Shown: positions 19,661 through 29,867, counted from the first letter of the stretch. The stretch: 64,000 nucleotides of DNA from an uncultured bacterium (GCA_963736115.1 CAVTNR010000014.1:32001-96000); one strand, 5' to 3'. The notes: a model not told the origin generated them from the sequence alone. A program made the numbers and translations.

Positions 19661-22069
19661 ATGTCTCTCACCCGCACCCGCATTATCGTTACCGGTCTCG
19701 TTCAGGGCGTCGGATTCCGGCCCTTCGTGTACAGGCGGGCCGTGTCCCTCAACCTCAAGGGCTTCGTCCGCAATACGCCCGAAGGCGTCGAGATCGAGGC
19801 GGAAGGCGCTCCGGATTCCGTCCGGACACTGATCGAGTCGCTGAAAGCCGGTCCCCCTCCTCAGGCGGAGGTGCGTTCCGTTGAATTCCGGTCCATGCCC
19901 GCGTCCGGCGGAACGGAATTTGAAATCCGGGAAAGCGCGGGAGAGGCGGCTGGTTCCGCGCTGGTATCCCCGGACATCGCAACCTGCCCGGACTGTCTCG
20001 CTGAACTTTTCAATCCCTCGGACCGGCGTACCCGTTATCCCTTCATCAATTGCACCAATTGCGGCCCGCGTTTCACTATTATCAAGGGCGTTCCGTACGA
20101 CAGACCGGCCACGACCATGGCATCCTTCACCATGTGCCCGGCGTGCCGGGCCGAATATGAGGACCCGGCGGACCGGCGTTTCCACGCACAGCCCAACGCC
20201 TGCCCGGTTTGCGGCCCCAGACTGATGCTTGCGGACACGGACGGGATGGAAATCCTCACGCCGGAAAGGGATGCGATCGCGGAAGCGGCTCGCAGAATCC
20301 GGGACGGACAGATCATCGCAATCAAGGGGCTGGGCGGATTCCATCTGGCCTGCGATGCGGAGAACGATGAAGCGGTTCTCAGACTGAGGGCCAGAAAAGG
20401 CCGGGAAGAAAAACCGCTGGCGGTCATGGCCCGGGATCCCGAAGCCGCATCCCGGTTCGCGGTCTCATCCGAATGTGAAACCGCGGCGATGCTTTCCTGG
20501 CGGCGGCCCATCGTCCTGCTTGGTAAACGGATCCCGTTTCCCCTGGCCGGGTCCGTGGCGCCGGGAAACGCATTCATCGGCGTGATACTGCCCTATACGC
20601 CTGTTCATCATATGCTCATGGCTGAAAGTTTTCGTGCGCTTGTCATGACGAGCGGCAATGTTTCGGAACAGCCCATCGCGTACACGAACGGGGAAGCCCT
20701 GGCCAGCCTCGCGGGTATCGCGGACGGATTCCTCCTCCACGACCGGGACATCCGCGTCCGCAACGACGACTCGGTGGTCCGGTTCAGCCGCGGCGTTCCG
20801 GTGTTCATCCGGCGTTCGCGGGGATGGGCGCCTTCGCCGGTTCACCTCGGCCTGTCCGGTCCGTCCGTGGTCGCGGTCGGGGCGGAGATGAAGAACACGA
20901 TCTGCCTCACGGCCGGGGACAAGGCCTTTATCAGCCCCCATATCGGCGATTTGGAGAACGCGGAAACACTCGAATCCTTCGAGTCCGCGGTCGGGCACCT
21001 GTCCCGGCTGTTCGACGTCCGGCCCGAAATCGCGGTTCATGACTTGCATCCGGATTACCGGTCGACCCAGTGGGCCCTGAACCGGTCGGGGCTGAAGACC
21101 GAGGCTGTTCAGCACCACCATGCCCATATCGCCTCCTGCCTGGCTGAAAACGGGAGAACCGGACCTGTCATCGGATTCGCGCTGGACGGAACCGGATTCG
21201 GTCCGGACGGAACGGTATGGGGCGGGGAAATCCTGGTCGCGGATTGCCTCCGTTTCGAAAGAGCGGGTCATTTTTCGGTCCGTTGCATGCCCGGCGGCGC
21301 GGCCGCGATACACGAACCCTGGCGCATGGCCCTCTCTTTCATGGAAGCCGCGTTCAGGCACGTAATCGATCCAGGAATGACTGAGGACGTCCTTCTGCGG
21401 AAAGCAACCGAAGTGCCGGCTTTCCGGGAAGCCGGCTCCGGGAAGGTCCGATCCGTCATCCGGCTGATCCGTTCCGGGATACACCAGCCTGCCACTTCAA
21501 GCCTGGGGAGGCTGTTCGATGCGGTTTCGGCTCTGGCCGGGGTCCGATCCGTTTCCACTTATGAAGGACAAGCCGCATCCGACCTGGAGGCTGTTCTGTA
21601 TACTTCTGCACACATCGGGAATCAAGGAAATGTTGCTTCAGCGGAAATTCGGAAAAACGGGGGAAATACGGCGGTCGCAGTGGATATCGAACCGTATGTA
21701 TTTGAAATAAAAGAAATTAACGGAATTTTTGAAATCGATCCTGATCCCATTATTTTTGCGGTGCTGAAAGACGCTCAGGCCGGATTTTCAGTATCCGGCA
21801 TCAGCCGGAAATTCCACCTGGCATTGATCCGGGTTTTTGTCCGTATCGCAGAGCGGATACGGGATAAAACCCGCCTGTCCACAGCCGCATTGAGCGGCGG
21901 CTGTTTCCAGAACCTGTTTCTCCTCGACAACCTGTCCGCGGAACTGGGTAGGGCCGGTTTCGAAGTGCTGTCCCATTCACTCGTGCCCGCCAATGACGGG
22001 GGGCTGTGCCTGGGCCAGGCGGCCGTGGCCCATGCCCGAATGCGGGCGTCAAGCAGGGTCCGGGCCTGA
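19661..22069 (+). CDS. hypF: [NiFe]-hydrogenase maturation carbamoyltransferase
   Basis: VQGVGFRPF, two CxxC zinc fingers, KGLGGFH, HDLHPDY, QHHHAH, DGTGFG, PANDGG..LGQ. Confidence 0.97.
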   Translation: MSLTRTRIIVTGLVQGVGFRPFVYRRAVSLNLKGFVRNTPEGVEIEAEGAPDSVRTLIESLKAGPPPQAEVRSVEFRSMPASGGTEFEIRESAGEAAGSALVSPDIATCPDCLAELFNPSDRRTRYPFINCTNCGPRFTIIKGVPYDRPATTMASFTMCPACRAEYEDPADRRFHAQPNACPVCGPRLMLADTDGMEILTPERDAIAEAARRIRDGQIIAIKGLGGFHLACDAENDEAVLRLRARKGREEKPLAVMARDPEAASRFAVSSECETAAMLSWRRPIVLLGKRIPFPLAGSVAPGNAFIGVILPYTPVHHMLMAESFRALVMTSGNVSEQPIAYTNGEALASLAGIADGFLLHDRDIRVRNDDSVVRFSRGVPVFIRRSRGWAPSPVHLGLSGPSVVAVGAEMKNTICLTAGDKAFISPHIGDLENAETLESFESAVGHLSRLFDVRPEIAVHDLHPDYRSTQWALNRSGLKTEAVQHHHAHIASCLAENGRTGPVIGFALDGTGFGPDGTVWGGEILVADCLRFERAGHFSVRCMPGGAAAIHEPWRMALSFMEAAFRHVIDPGMTEDVLLRKATEVPAFREAGSGKVRSVIRLIRSGIHQPATSSLGRLFDAVSALAGVRSVSTYEGQAASDLEAVLYTSAHIGNQGNVASAEIRKNGGNTAVAVDIEPYVFEIKEINGIFEIDPDPIIFAVLKDAQAGFSVSGISRKFHLALIRVFVRIAERIRDKTRLSTAALSGGCFQNLFLLDNLSAELGRAGFEVLSHSLVPANDGGLCLGQAAVAHARMRASSRVRA

Positions 22070-22125
22070 GCCGCTTTTTTCGGTGTTGTTTTATTTGGAT
22101 GTTTTTATTATCTTGAAAAAAGGAC

Positions 22126-22557
22126 TTGTTCGCTTACCGGTTTCTCTTACCTGCGACTTTATGCATCCTAGCGTTTCTCGGATCGGGAATGCGGAAAAAT
22201 CCGTTTCGGCCGGAGTCTGCGACTTACGGAAAGTCATTTTTTCCGTATCAGTATGCGGTCACGCTCTTCATCATCCTGATTCTTTGCCTGGTCGACGGCG
22301 GACTGACGATTTTTCTCGTCAAGAGAGGGGCCTGGGAAGCCAACCCGCTGATGCGGCATGCCCTTTCAATCAGTCACGAATACTTCATCATTCTGAAGTA
22401 CTTTCTGACGGCCGGAGGATTTCTCTTTCTGATGCATCACGGCCGTAGGCGGATTTTCCGGGGCATCATGACTCTTGAGGAACTGACAGGGGGCATTCTC
22501 CTGTTCTATTCCGGTCTGGTCATTTACGAGATCACCATCTACCATATCGTCAAATAG
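22126..22557 (+). CDS. Small membrane protein, DUF5658-like (start uncertain)
   Basis: L..VDG.LT..L...GAWEANPLM motif, 3-4 TM segments. Confidence 0.62.
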   Translation: MFAYRFLLPATLCILAFLGSGMRKNPFRPESATYGKSFFPYQYAVTLFIILILCLVDGGLTIFLVKRGAWEANPLMRHALSISHEYFIILKYFLTAGGFLFLMHHGRRRIFRGIMTLEELTGGILLFYSGLVIYEITIYHIVK

Positions 22558-22566
22558 CAGCCCTTT

Positions 22567-22785
22567 ATGTGCCTGGCCATACCCATGCGATTGACCGAGA
22601 TCCGGGACGACCGGGGCGTTGCCGAAGCCGGCGGCGTCCGGCGTGAGGTCGGTCTGCAGCTGCTTGACGGACTGCAGGTCGGCGATTATGTTCTCGTGCA
22701 CGCCGGATTCGCCATCCAGAAAGTGGACGAGGAGGAAGCGCGGAAGACCCTGGACCTGTTCCGCGAGCTCGGTCAGGATTTTTGA
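22567..22785 (+). CDS. hypC: Hydrogenase maturation chaperone
   Basis: MCLAIP, GDYVLVHAGFAI. Confidence 0.97.
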   Translation: MCLAIPMRLTEIRDDRGVAEAGGVRREVGLQLLDGLQVGDYVLVHAGFAIQKVDEEEARKTLDLFRELGQDF

Positions 22786-23867
22786 AGTACGTGGACGAAT
22801 TCCGCGACGGCCGCGCCGGCCGGAAGCTCGTTGAGGAAATACGCGAGGCTGCGCCGGACCGGCCCCTGACGCTGATGGAAGTGTGCGGCACCCACACCAT
22901 GGCAATCGCGCGGTTCGGCATACGGCCGCTTCTGCCGCCTTCCATCCGCCTCATTTCAGGGCCCGGGTGCCCGGTCTGCGTCACGCCCCTGGCATACATG
23001 GACCAAGCAATGGCGATCGGCCGGCTGCCCGACGTGACCCTGGCCGTTTTCGGGGACATGATGCGTGTTCCCGGATCCGCATCGAGCCTCGAACGGGAGG
23101 CCGCTTCGGGCGCGGACGTGCGGGTGGTCGCATCCACACTGGAGGCACTGGCTCTCGCGGAGCGGTTGAACCCCCGGACGGTGGTGTTTCTCGGCATCGG
23201 TTTTGAAACGACTGCGCCCACGGTGGCCGTTTCCCTGGTCAATGCACGGCGCAGGGACCTGGCGAATTACACGGTGCTCTGCGGACACAAGACCATGCCG
23301 GGCGCTCTGGCCGTACTGGCGGCAGGGAACCCGAGGCCGGACGGGTACCTGTGTCCCGGACACGTCAGTGTGGTGATCGGATCCGGCGCATATGAAGGGA
23401 TTGTCCGGGATTTCGGCATCGGATGCGTGATCGCGGGTTTCGAGCCCTTGGACATACTCCAGGCGATATGGATGCTCGTGCTTCAATCCGCGTCCGGCGT
23501 TCCGGCTGTTGAAAATCCCTACAGCCGCGCGGTGACCGCGGGCGGGAACGGACGCGCCCGCGAGGCGATGGAAACGGTTTTCGAGCCCTGCGATTCGGAA
23601 TGGCGGGGGCTCGGCCGGATTCCGGGAAGCGGCCTCAGAATCAGGGCGGAATTCGCGGATTTCGACGCGGCTGTGCGTTTTCCGGTTTCGATCGCGCCCG
23701 CGTCCGATCCCCCGGGATGCCGGTGCGGCGAAGTGCTGACCGGAGCCTTACGGCCGGCCCAATGCGGCCTGTTCGGCAAAGCCTGCACGACCGACCATCC
23801 GGTCGGGGCTTGCATGGTCTCCTCTGAAGGAACCTGCGCGGCGGCGTACAGATATGGGACGGAATAA
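22782..23867 (+). CDS. hypD: Hydrogenase maturation protein (TTG start overlapping hypC stop)
   Basis: MEVCGTHT, GPGCPVC, GFETTAP, PGHVS, GACMVSSEGTCAA. Confidence 0.97.
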   Translation: MKYVDEFRDGRAGRKLVEEIREAAPDRPLTLMEVCGTHTMAIARFGIRPLLPPSIRLISGPGCPVCVTPLAYMDQAMAIGRLPDVTLAVFGDMMRVPGSASSLEREAASGADVRVVASTLEALALAERLNPRTVVFLGIGFETTAPTVAVSLVNARRRDLANYTVLCGHKTMPGALAVLAAGNPRPDGYLCPGHVSVVIGSGAYEGIVRDFGIGCVIAGFEPLDILQAIWMLVLQSASGVPAVENPYSRAVTAGGNGRAREAMETVFEPCDSEWRGLGRIPGSGLRIRAEFADFDAAVRFPVSIAPASDPPGCRCGEVLTGALRPAQCGLFGKACTTDHPVGACMVSSEGTCAAAYRYGTE

Positions 23868-23870
23868 CGA

Positions 23871-23988
23871 GTTCATAGTTTATAGTTCATAGTTCATAGA
23901 AAAGAGAGGAAAAAAGTAAAATTCAGGATTTTTTTTAACTATGAACCATGAACTATGAACTATGAACTTTTTCCCATGAACCATGAAC
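23871..23988. repeat. Inverted heptamer-array element 3
   Basis: GTTCATA GTTTATA GTTCATA GTTCATA at 23871-23898; (YATGAAC)x4 at 23940-23967 plus CATGAAC x2 at 23975-23988. Confidence 0.92.
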
Positions 23989-23996
23989 TAACAGAT

Positions 23997-25022
23997 ATGA
24001 CGCTTTCCGATCAACAAGAAACGATCCGTCTGGCCCACGGCGGCGGGGGAAGCCTGACCCATGCGCTCGTGCGGGACGTCTTTCTCTCCTCGTTCGGGGA
24101 CCGGGAACTGGCCCGTCTGAACGACAGCGCCCTGCTCGACACGACGGCGGGCCGCATCGCCTTCACCACCGATTCTTTCGTGGTCCAGCCGCTCTTCTTT
24201 CCGGGCGGAGACATCGGCCGGCTCGCGGTGTGCGGCACGGTGAACGACCTGGCCGTGACCGGCGCGGTTCCGGTTGCGCTCAGCGCGGGATTCATCCTCG
24301 AGGAAGGGCTGCCCCTCAACGATCTGAAGCGGATCGTCCGTTCCATGGCCGACGCGGCGGCCGAGGCGGACGTACGCATCGTCACCGGCGACACCAAGGT
24401 TGTGCAGAAAGGCAAGGGGGACGGCGTTTTCATCAACACGGCGGGAATCGGGATTTTTCCCGAAGGCCGGACGCCTGTGACGGGATCCGGAGCGCGGCCC
24501 GGGGACGCCGTCATCGTGAGCGGGCCGCTCGGCCGCCACGGCATGGCCGTGGTTCTGGCGCGTGAGGATCTCGGCCTGTCCTCCACTATCCTGTCGGACG
24601 CGGCGCCGCTCAACGGCATGCTTCAGAGGCCGCTGTCGTCCGTTCCGGGTCTTCACGCCATGCGCGACGCCACGCGCGGCGGGCTCGGCGTGGTGCTGAA
24701 CGAGATCGCGGAACAGTCCGGGGTGGGCATTGAACTGGAGGAAGAAAGGATTCCCGTTCCCGAGGATGTGCGGAGCGCGTGCGAGATCCTGGGCTTCGAC
24801 CCGCTGTACGCTGCGAACGAAGGCGTGGTTGCGGCCTGCGTGGCCGAAGAACACGCGGCGGAATGGGTCCGGATGATGGCCGAATCGCCCTACGGAAAAC
24901 AGGCGGCTGTGATCGGTCGGGTGACGGAAAAATCGCGCCACCGGGTGGTGCTCAAAACGCGCATCGGAAGCCGTAGAATCGTAGATGTGATCAGCGGGGA
25001 GCAGCTGCCGAGGATATGCTAG
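23997..25022 (+). CDS. hypE: Hydrogenase maturation dehydratase
   Basis: LAHGGGG, TTDSFVV.PLFFPGGDIG, GDTKVV, RDATRGG, C-terminal PRIC. Confidence 0.97.
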   Translation: MTLSDQQETIRLAHGGGGSLTHALVRDVFLSSFGDRELARLNDSALLDTTAGRIAFTTDSFVVQPLFFPGGDIGRLAVCGTVNDLAVTGAVPVALSAGFILEEGLPLNDLKRIVRSMADAAAEADVRIVTGDTKVVQKGKGDGVFINTAGIGIFPEGRTPVTGSGARPGDAVIVSGPLGRHGMAVVLAREDLGLSSTILSDAAPLNGMLQRPLSSVPGLHAMRDATRGGLGVVLNEIAEQSGVGIELEEERIPVPEDVRSACEILGFDPLYAANEGVVAACVAEEHAAEWVRMMAESPYGKQAAVIGRVTEKSRHRVVLKTRIGSRRIVDVISGEQLPRIC

Positions 25023-25317
25023 AGTCGAGCGCGGCGCGGACTTCGGAGTAGAAGACCGCCCAGCGTTCCGGCTTCGAGTCCAGCCGCTTGTAGCGTTTCG
25101 CGAATGCGTCGGGCGTTATCTTCCACCGCAGCAGCAGGGCCCGGGCGGAATCCGAGTAGGCGGGTTCAGACGGTACGCGTTCCCGGAGAAGCGTCAGCTC
25201 GGCCACAACGCGGGCGAATCTGCGGTCGCCGCGGGAAAGCCGTTCCTGACGTCCTCCGCCGCAGGACGGCAGAAGCGCCAGCACAACGAAGAGGATCAGC
25301 AGGTCGCGGTTTTTCAT
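24991..25317 (-). CDS. Small putative lipoprotein
   Basis: MKNRDLLILFVVLALLPSC lipobox-like signal; fills gap between hypE and the PHP gene. Confidence 0.6.
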   Translation of the reverse strand: MKNRDLLILFVVLALLPSCGGGRQERLSRGDRRFARVVAELTLLRERVPSEPAYSDSARALLLRWKITPDAFAKRYKRLDSKPERWAVFYSEVRAALDSSISSAAAPR

Positions 25318-25338
25318 CGCAATCAATAAAAGGAAAAA

Positions 25339-26235
25339 TTGGACGAAAAGCAAGAACATTCCGGGGAAAGCGGGGTCGATCTACACGTCCACACGGTGTA
25401 TTCCGACGGTCTGCTGAGTCCTTCCGAGATGGTCGAACGGGCGCGGGACGGGGGACTGGCCGCCCTCGGCGTGACGGACCACGATACGGTGGACGGAATC
25501 GCCGAAGCCATCCGTTCGGGGGCCGGCGCGGGCGTCGAGGTGGTGCCCGGCGTGGAGCTTTCAAGCCAGTACAACGGCAAGGATGTCCACATCATCGGAT
25601 ATTACATCGATCCGTCCTGCGGGGAGCTCATGGATTACCTGAAGCTTTTCCGGGACGAGCGGTTTAAGCGCGCGGAAAAAATGATCCGGACTCTGAACAG
25701 CCGCGGAGTGGATATCCATATTGACGAGGTCGAGGCGAAATCACGCGGCCGGTGCATCGGCCGGCCGCACATCGCCGAAGTGCTCATGGACCGGGGATAT
25801 GTGGAGACGATTCAATCCGCTTTCAATAAATATATCGGGTACGGGGCTGATGCCTATGAAGAGAAGTACAAGCTGCCTCCGGACGAGGCCATACGCCTCA
25901 TCTCTGAATCGAAAGGACTTTCGTTCCTCGCCCATCCGGGCGCCGCGATCAGCGAGACCGTGATCACGAATTTCGTCAAATCCGGACTGGACGGGGTCGA
26001 GGTCATTCATCCCTTTCTGCCGCCGCATCGGAGAAAGCAGCTGCACGCGCTCGCGGTCAAAATGGGGCTTCTCATGTCCGGCGGATCCGACTGCCACGGC
26101 GGCCGCGACGGCCAGTTTCTGGTGGGCCGGCACCGGGTTCCCTACGCCTATCTGAAACGCATCCGCGAGGGTTACCGGCTCCGCTACGGAACCGAGCCGG
26201 GGGGGGACGGAACCGGATTCCAGGAGCCGGTGTGA
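25339..26235 (+). CDS. PHP-domain phosphoesterase (TrpH/YciV-like)
   Basis: DLHVHT..SDG, TDHD, GVELS, GRPHIA, LAHP, GGSDCHG. Confidence 0.92.
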   Translation: MDEKQEHSGESGVDLHVHTVYSDGLLSPSEMVERARDGGLAALGVTDHDTVDGIAEAIRSGAGAGVEVVPGVELSSQYNGKDVHIIGYYIDPSCGELMDYLKLFRDERFKRAEKMIRTLNSRGVDIHIDEVEAKSRGRCIGRPHIAEVLMDRGYVETIQSAFNKYIGYGADAYEEKYKLPPDEAIRLISESKGLSFLAHPGAAISETVITNFVKSGLDGVEVIHPFLPPHRRKQLHALAVKMGLLMSGGSDCHGGRDGQFLVGRHRVPYAYLKRIREGYRLRYGTEPGGDGTGFQEPV

Positions 26236-26963
26236 AGTCCTCCGCGAAACCGGCCGCGGGCGCCAAAACCGCGCCGCGCCGCCTGAGAATCCCGGACTGG
26301 CCCGAGGCGGAGCGGCCGAGGGAGAAACTGCTCCAGTCGGGCGCCCAGGCCCTTTCAGACGCGGAACTGCTGGCCCTGATGATCGGGTCCGGCTGCAGCG
26401 GCGCAACGGCTGTGGACATGGGAAGGGAAATGGTCAGCGCCGGCGGCGGGCTTGCGTCCCTGGCGACACGGAACGCCCGGGAACTGTCCCGGATGAAGGG
26501 CATCGGGTCCGCGTCGGCGGCGCGCATCCTTGCCGCCTTCGAGATCGGCCGCCGGACCGCGGGCGGAGGCCGCGGGGGCAAAAGGAAGGTGTGTTCCCCG
26601 GAGGATGTCGTCCGGTGGTACGGCCCCCAGCTCCGCGACATGCGCCGCGAGGCATTCCGCGTCCTCCTGCTCGACGGCGCCAACCGCATCCTGGCCGACC
26701 GCACGGTTTCGGAGGGCACCCTGAACGCGAGCCTGGTGCATCCGCGCGAGGTGTTCAAGCCCGCGGTGGACCATACGGCCGCCTCGGTTATCCTTTTGCA
26801 CAACCATCCCTCCGGCGAGGCGGATCCTTCCGCCGAGGACAGGGCCGTCACGGCCCAGCTGGCCGAGGCGGGCCGGATGATGGGGATTCCGGTCATCGAC
26901 CATGTCATCGTCGCCGGGGACCGATATTTCAGTTTTGCGAAGGAAGGACTGATCAAACCGTAA
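26232..26963 (+). CDS. radC: RadC-family JAB-domain protein
   Basis: ERPREKL, LSDAELLA, VHPREVF, HNHPSG...PS.ED, DHVIV. Confidence 0.95.
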   Translation: MKSSAKPAAGAKTAPRRLRIPDWPEAERPREKLLQSGAQALSDAELLALMIGSGCSGATAVDMGREMVSAGGGLASLATRNARELSRMKGIGSASAARILAAFEIGRRTAGGGRGGKRKVCSPEDVVRWYGPQLRDMRREAFRVLLLDGANRILADRTVSEGTLNASLVHPREVFKPAVDHTAASVILLHNHPSGEADPSAEDRAVTAQLAEAGRMMGIPVIDHVIVAGDRYFSFAKEGLIKP

Positions 26964-26971
26964 GGAGCCGC

Positions 26972-27325
26972 ATGCAGATCGAACGGGAAACCGCCGGGGA
27001 CGTCCTCGTCCTCCGCGTCCTGGAGAAGCAGGTGACCTCACACGAGGCGCCCGAACTGAAGACCGCGCTGCTCGGCGCAATGACGGGGGATGAGGACCGG
27101 ATTCTGCTCGACCTCAAAGCGGTCGAGAACATGGACAGCACGGGCCTCGGCGCCCTCCTGTTCGGATTGCGACAGGCCGATCAGCACGACAAAGACCTCC
27201 GGTTCAGCGGGATGCAGAAGAAGATCCGGTTCCTCGTCCATGTCGCCCAGCTGGATTCCGCGGTGCCCTCCTACGAAAACGTGGAGGAGGGGCTGAAGGC
27301 GTTCAATGAGGATGAGGCTGAATAG
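26972..27325 (+). CDS. STAS-domain anti-sigma factor antagonist
   Basis: LDL..V..MDSTGLGAL; AAGGAG RBS. Confidence 0.9.
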   Translation: MQIERETAGDVLVLRVLEKQVTSHEAPELKTALLGAMTGDEDRILLDLKAVENMDSTGLGALLFGLRQADQHDKDLRFSGMQKKIRFLVHVAQLDSAVPSYENVEEGLKAFNEDEAE

Positions 27326-28127
27326 AGCGCCATTGACCGAGGAATCGGTCGGTTCGGCGCTTCGCACCCGGCGTTTCGGAAGCGTCTTGTACGTCCTGGG
27401 CCGAATCGATTCCACGAACGCGTTCGCCAAGACCTTGGCGGGCCGCGGCGCTCCGGACGGAACGCTGGTCGTGGCCGACCACCAGACCGCAGGCCGGGGC
27501 CGGTGGGGGCGGTCCTGGACCTCGTCGCCCGGACTCGGGCTTCAGTTCTCCGTCCTGCTCCGGCCCGCATCCGGGACGTTCCACATGCACCGCCTCACGC
27601 TTACGGCCGCGACGTCCGTGGCCCAGGCGGTCGGCCGGCTCGGTCTGCACACCCGGCTGAGATGGCCGAATGACGTGACGGTGGACTCGAAGAAAATCGC
27701 GGGTGTGATCGTGGAAACCCAGCGGAACCGGAAAGGCGCCTCTTTCGCCGTCATCGGCGTGGGTCTCAACGTGAACCAGCGGCGGTCCGATTTTCCAGAG
27801 GCCCTGGCTGAGAAGGCCGGTTCCATCCGTCAGGCGCTCGGGCGGAAAATCGACCGGCCGGCCCTGCTGGCCGACCTCGTGCTCCAGCTTGAGCGGGACG
27901 TTCACCGGCTCGAAACCGAGGGTCCGGATTTCGCGCTGGGTCGGTGGATCCGGCGGAATGCGCTGCTGGGAAAGCCCGTGGTTCTCCTCACCGCGGCGGG
28001 CGAGGAGAGAGGCGTCGTGAAGGGATTCCACTCCGACGGCGCGCTGATTCTCGCCGGAGAGGATGGACGGCTGAGGCGCTTTTCGGACGCAGAAGTGACG
28101 GAGGTGTCGTATGCTGCTGGTCATTGA
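27306..28127 (+). CDS. birA: Biotin-[acetyl-CoA-carboxylase] ligase (no HTH domain)
   Basis: DSTN, QTAGRGRWGRSW, WPND, KIAGV, GVGLN. Confidence 0.93.
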   Translation: MRMRLNRAPLTEESVGSALRTRRFGSVLYVLGRIDSTNAFAKTLAGRGAPDGTLVVADHQTAGRGRWGRSWTSSPGLGLQFSVLLRPASGTFHMHRLTLTAATSVAQAVGRLGLHTRLRWPNDVTVDSKKIAGVIVETQRNRKGASFAVIGVGLNVNQRRSDFPEALAEKAGSIRQALGRKIDRPALLADLVLQLERDVHRLETEGPDFALGRWIRRNALLGKPVVLLTAAGEERGVVKGFHSDGALILAGEDGRLRRFSDAEVTEVSYAAGH

Positions 28128-28908
28128 CGCGGGCAACACGGAAACTGTTTTCGGAATATACCGGGGCGAAGCGCTCGTTTCGCGGTGGCGGATGTCGAGT
28201 CATTCCGGCCGCACTGCGGACGAGGCGTGGGTTCTGCTCCGCGGCTGGTGCAATGCCGAGGGGCTGGAGACGCGCGGCATCCAAGACGCGGTGATTTCAT
28301 CCGTGGTTCCGGACCTTACGGCGCTGTTCTCCGACATGGCCGTCCGGCACCTCCGCATCCGGCCTCTGGTCGTGTCGTCCGATACGGACACGGGCGTTCC
28401 GATCCGGACCGACGCGCCCGCGACCGTCGGCGCGGACCGGATCTGCAACGCGGTGGGCGGGCTCGCCAAATACGGCGCTCCGCTGGTGGTCGTGGACTTC
28501 GGCACGGCGATCACGTTCGACGTTATTTCCGGAAAAGGGGAATACCTCGGCGGCTCGATCTGTCTGGGACTGAGGGGCGCCGCGCGGGAACTGCACCGGG
28601 TCGCGGCCAAACTGCCCCGAGTGGATCTCGTTTTTCCCCCCTCCGCCGTCGGCCGCAACACCGAATCCAGCATCCAGGCGGGCCTGCTCTGGGGCACGGC
28701 CGCCATGGTCGACGGTCTGATCGGCCGGATGGCCGGCGAGCTGGAATGCCCGGACGTCGCCGCCGTGGCCACGGGCGGCATGGCCGATCTGATTTCAACC
28801 CAATGCGCCCGGATCCGTCATGTCGATCCGTTTCTCACACTCGAAGGCATGCGGATCATCCATGACCGCGCCGCAAACCGAACCGAACCCAAGTCAGGAG
28901 GCATATGA
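28111..28908 (+). CDS. coaX: Type III pantothenate kinase
   Basis: IDAGNT, SSVVP, GADRI, VDFGTA, YLGG, ATGG, LTLEG. Confidence 0.95.
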   Translation: MLLVIDAGNTETVFGIYRGEALVSRWRMSSHSGRTADEAWVLLRGWCNAEGLETRGIQDAVISSVVPDLTALFSDMAVRHLRIRPLVVSSDTDTGVPIRTDAPATVGADRICNAVGGLAKYGAPLVVVDFGTAITFDVISGKGEYLGGSICLGLRGAARELHRVAAKLPRVDLVFPPSAVGRNTESSIQAGLLWGTAAMVDGLIGRMAGELECPDVAAVATGGMADLISTQCARIRHVDPFLTLEGMRIIHDRAANRTEPKSGGI

Positions 28909-29411
28909 ATACGCTCATCCCGTCCGCGAAGGATCCCAAGGAAGCCAACGACACCATCTACAAGGTCATCGGCGCCTGCATGGAAGTGCATAAAGCCATC
29001 GGCCCGGGATTCCCCGCCGCTTTCTACCAGAAGGGGATGGAAGTCGAGATGAAGGAGAAGGAGCTTCCCTTCGAGCCCGACAAGGTCCTCCAGGTGAAGT
29101 ACAAGGACGTCGTGGTGGGCGAATACACGATCGATTTCCTGGTGGCCGGGTCGGTGGTGCTCGAGGTGCGGGCGAATCGGGATGAGATGGGGGATCTGGA
29201 CATCCAGAACGTCCTGCGCAGTCTGACCCTGTCCGGCGCGCCCATGGGCCTGCTGGTGAATTTCGGGAACCTGAAGATCCAGTACAAGCGGATTCTGCCG
29301 AGCCGGGCGATGCGCGGCGAGGCCCAGCCCCCGCGGTTGGACCGGCCGCTCCGGCCGATGGGCTATCGAGATATCGGGGGGCGCACGCGCGAAAGCAATC
29401 CCATCCTGTGA
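28905..29411 (+). CDS. GxxExxY-family-like protein (PD-(D/E)xK-related), degenerate motif
   Basis: IGACMEVH..IGPG, V.YK...VG.Y..DFLV, GLLVNFG. Confidence 0.8.
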   Translation: MNTLIPSAKDPKEANDTIYKVIGACMEVHKAIGPGFPAAFYQKGMEVEMKEKELPFEPDKVLQVKYKDVVVGEYTIDFLVAGSVVLEVRANRDEMGDLDIQNVLRSLTLSGAPMGLLVNFGNLKIQYKRILPSRAMRGEAQPPRLDRPLRPMGYRDIGGRTRESNPIL

Positions 29412-29860
29412 CCGGGCCTTCGCGAACCCGATTTTTTCTCGCGGGCATCATCCAGGGTTCCCTGAGAGGCCTCGGTGTTTTCGATCAGAGCTACCGGCAT
29501 CGGATCAAGGCGGTTCTGCGCGGATTCGACCCGGGCTGCGAGCTGGTCTGCCCCGTCGAGGAACACCCGGAATCGGTCCGCTATACGGACGGCCAGGCCC
29601 GTGAGACGTTTTTCGCCAATGTCGAAAGGGCGAAACAGTGCGACGCGGTCATCGTATACCTTCCAGAAGCGAGCATGGGATCGAGCATCGAGATGTGGGA
29701 GGCGCACCGATGCGGTGTTCCTGTTCTGACCGTGTCCCCGCTTGACAGCAACTGGGTCGTCCGCATACTGTCGGACCATGTATTCCCCGATCTGGACGGA
29801 TTCGAGTCTTTCGTGACGTCCGGCGGATTGAGCCGCCTACTGTCCGGCAAACCGAGGTGA
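29408..29860 (+). CDS. Nucleoside 2-deoxyribosyltransferase-like protein
   Basis: FFLAG...D.VIVYL..ASMGS.IEM..A...G.PV. Confidence 0.68.
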   Translation: MTGPSRTRFFLAGIIQGSLRGLGVFDQSYRHRIKAVLRGFDPGCELVCPVEEHPESVRYTDGQARETFFANVERAKQCDAVIVYLPEASMGSSIEMWEAHRCGVPVLTVSPLDSNWVVRILSDHVFPDLDGFESFVTSGGLSRLLSGKPR

Positions 29861-29867
29861 CTGAAAA

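Noticed and set aside
23955-23996. N-terminal MNYEL... extension of HypE (and similar MNYEL/MNFEL starts)
   Set aside because: These ATGs come from the YATGAAC repeats; homology starts at ATG 23997.
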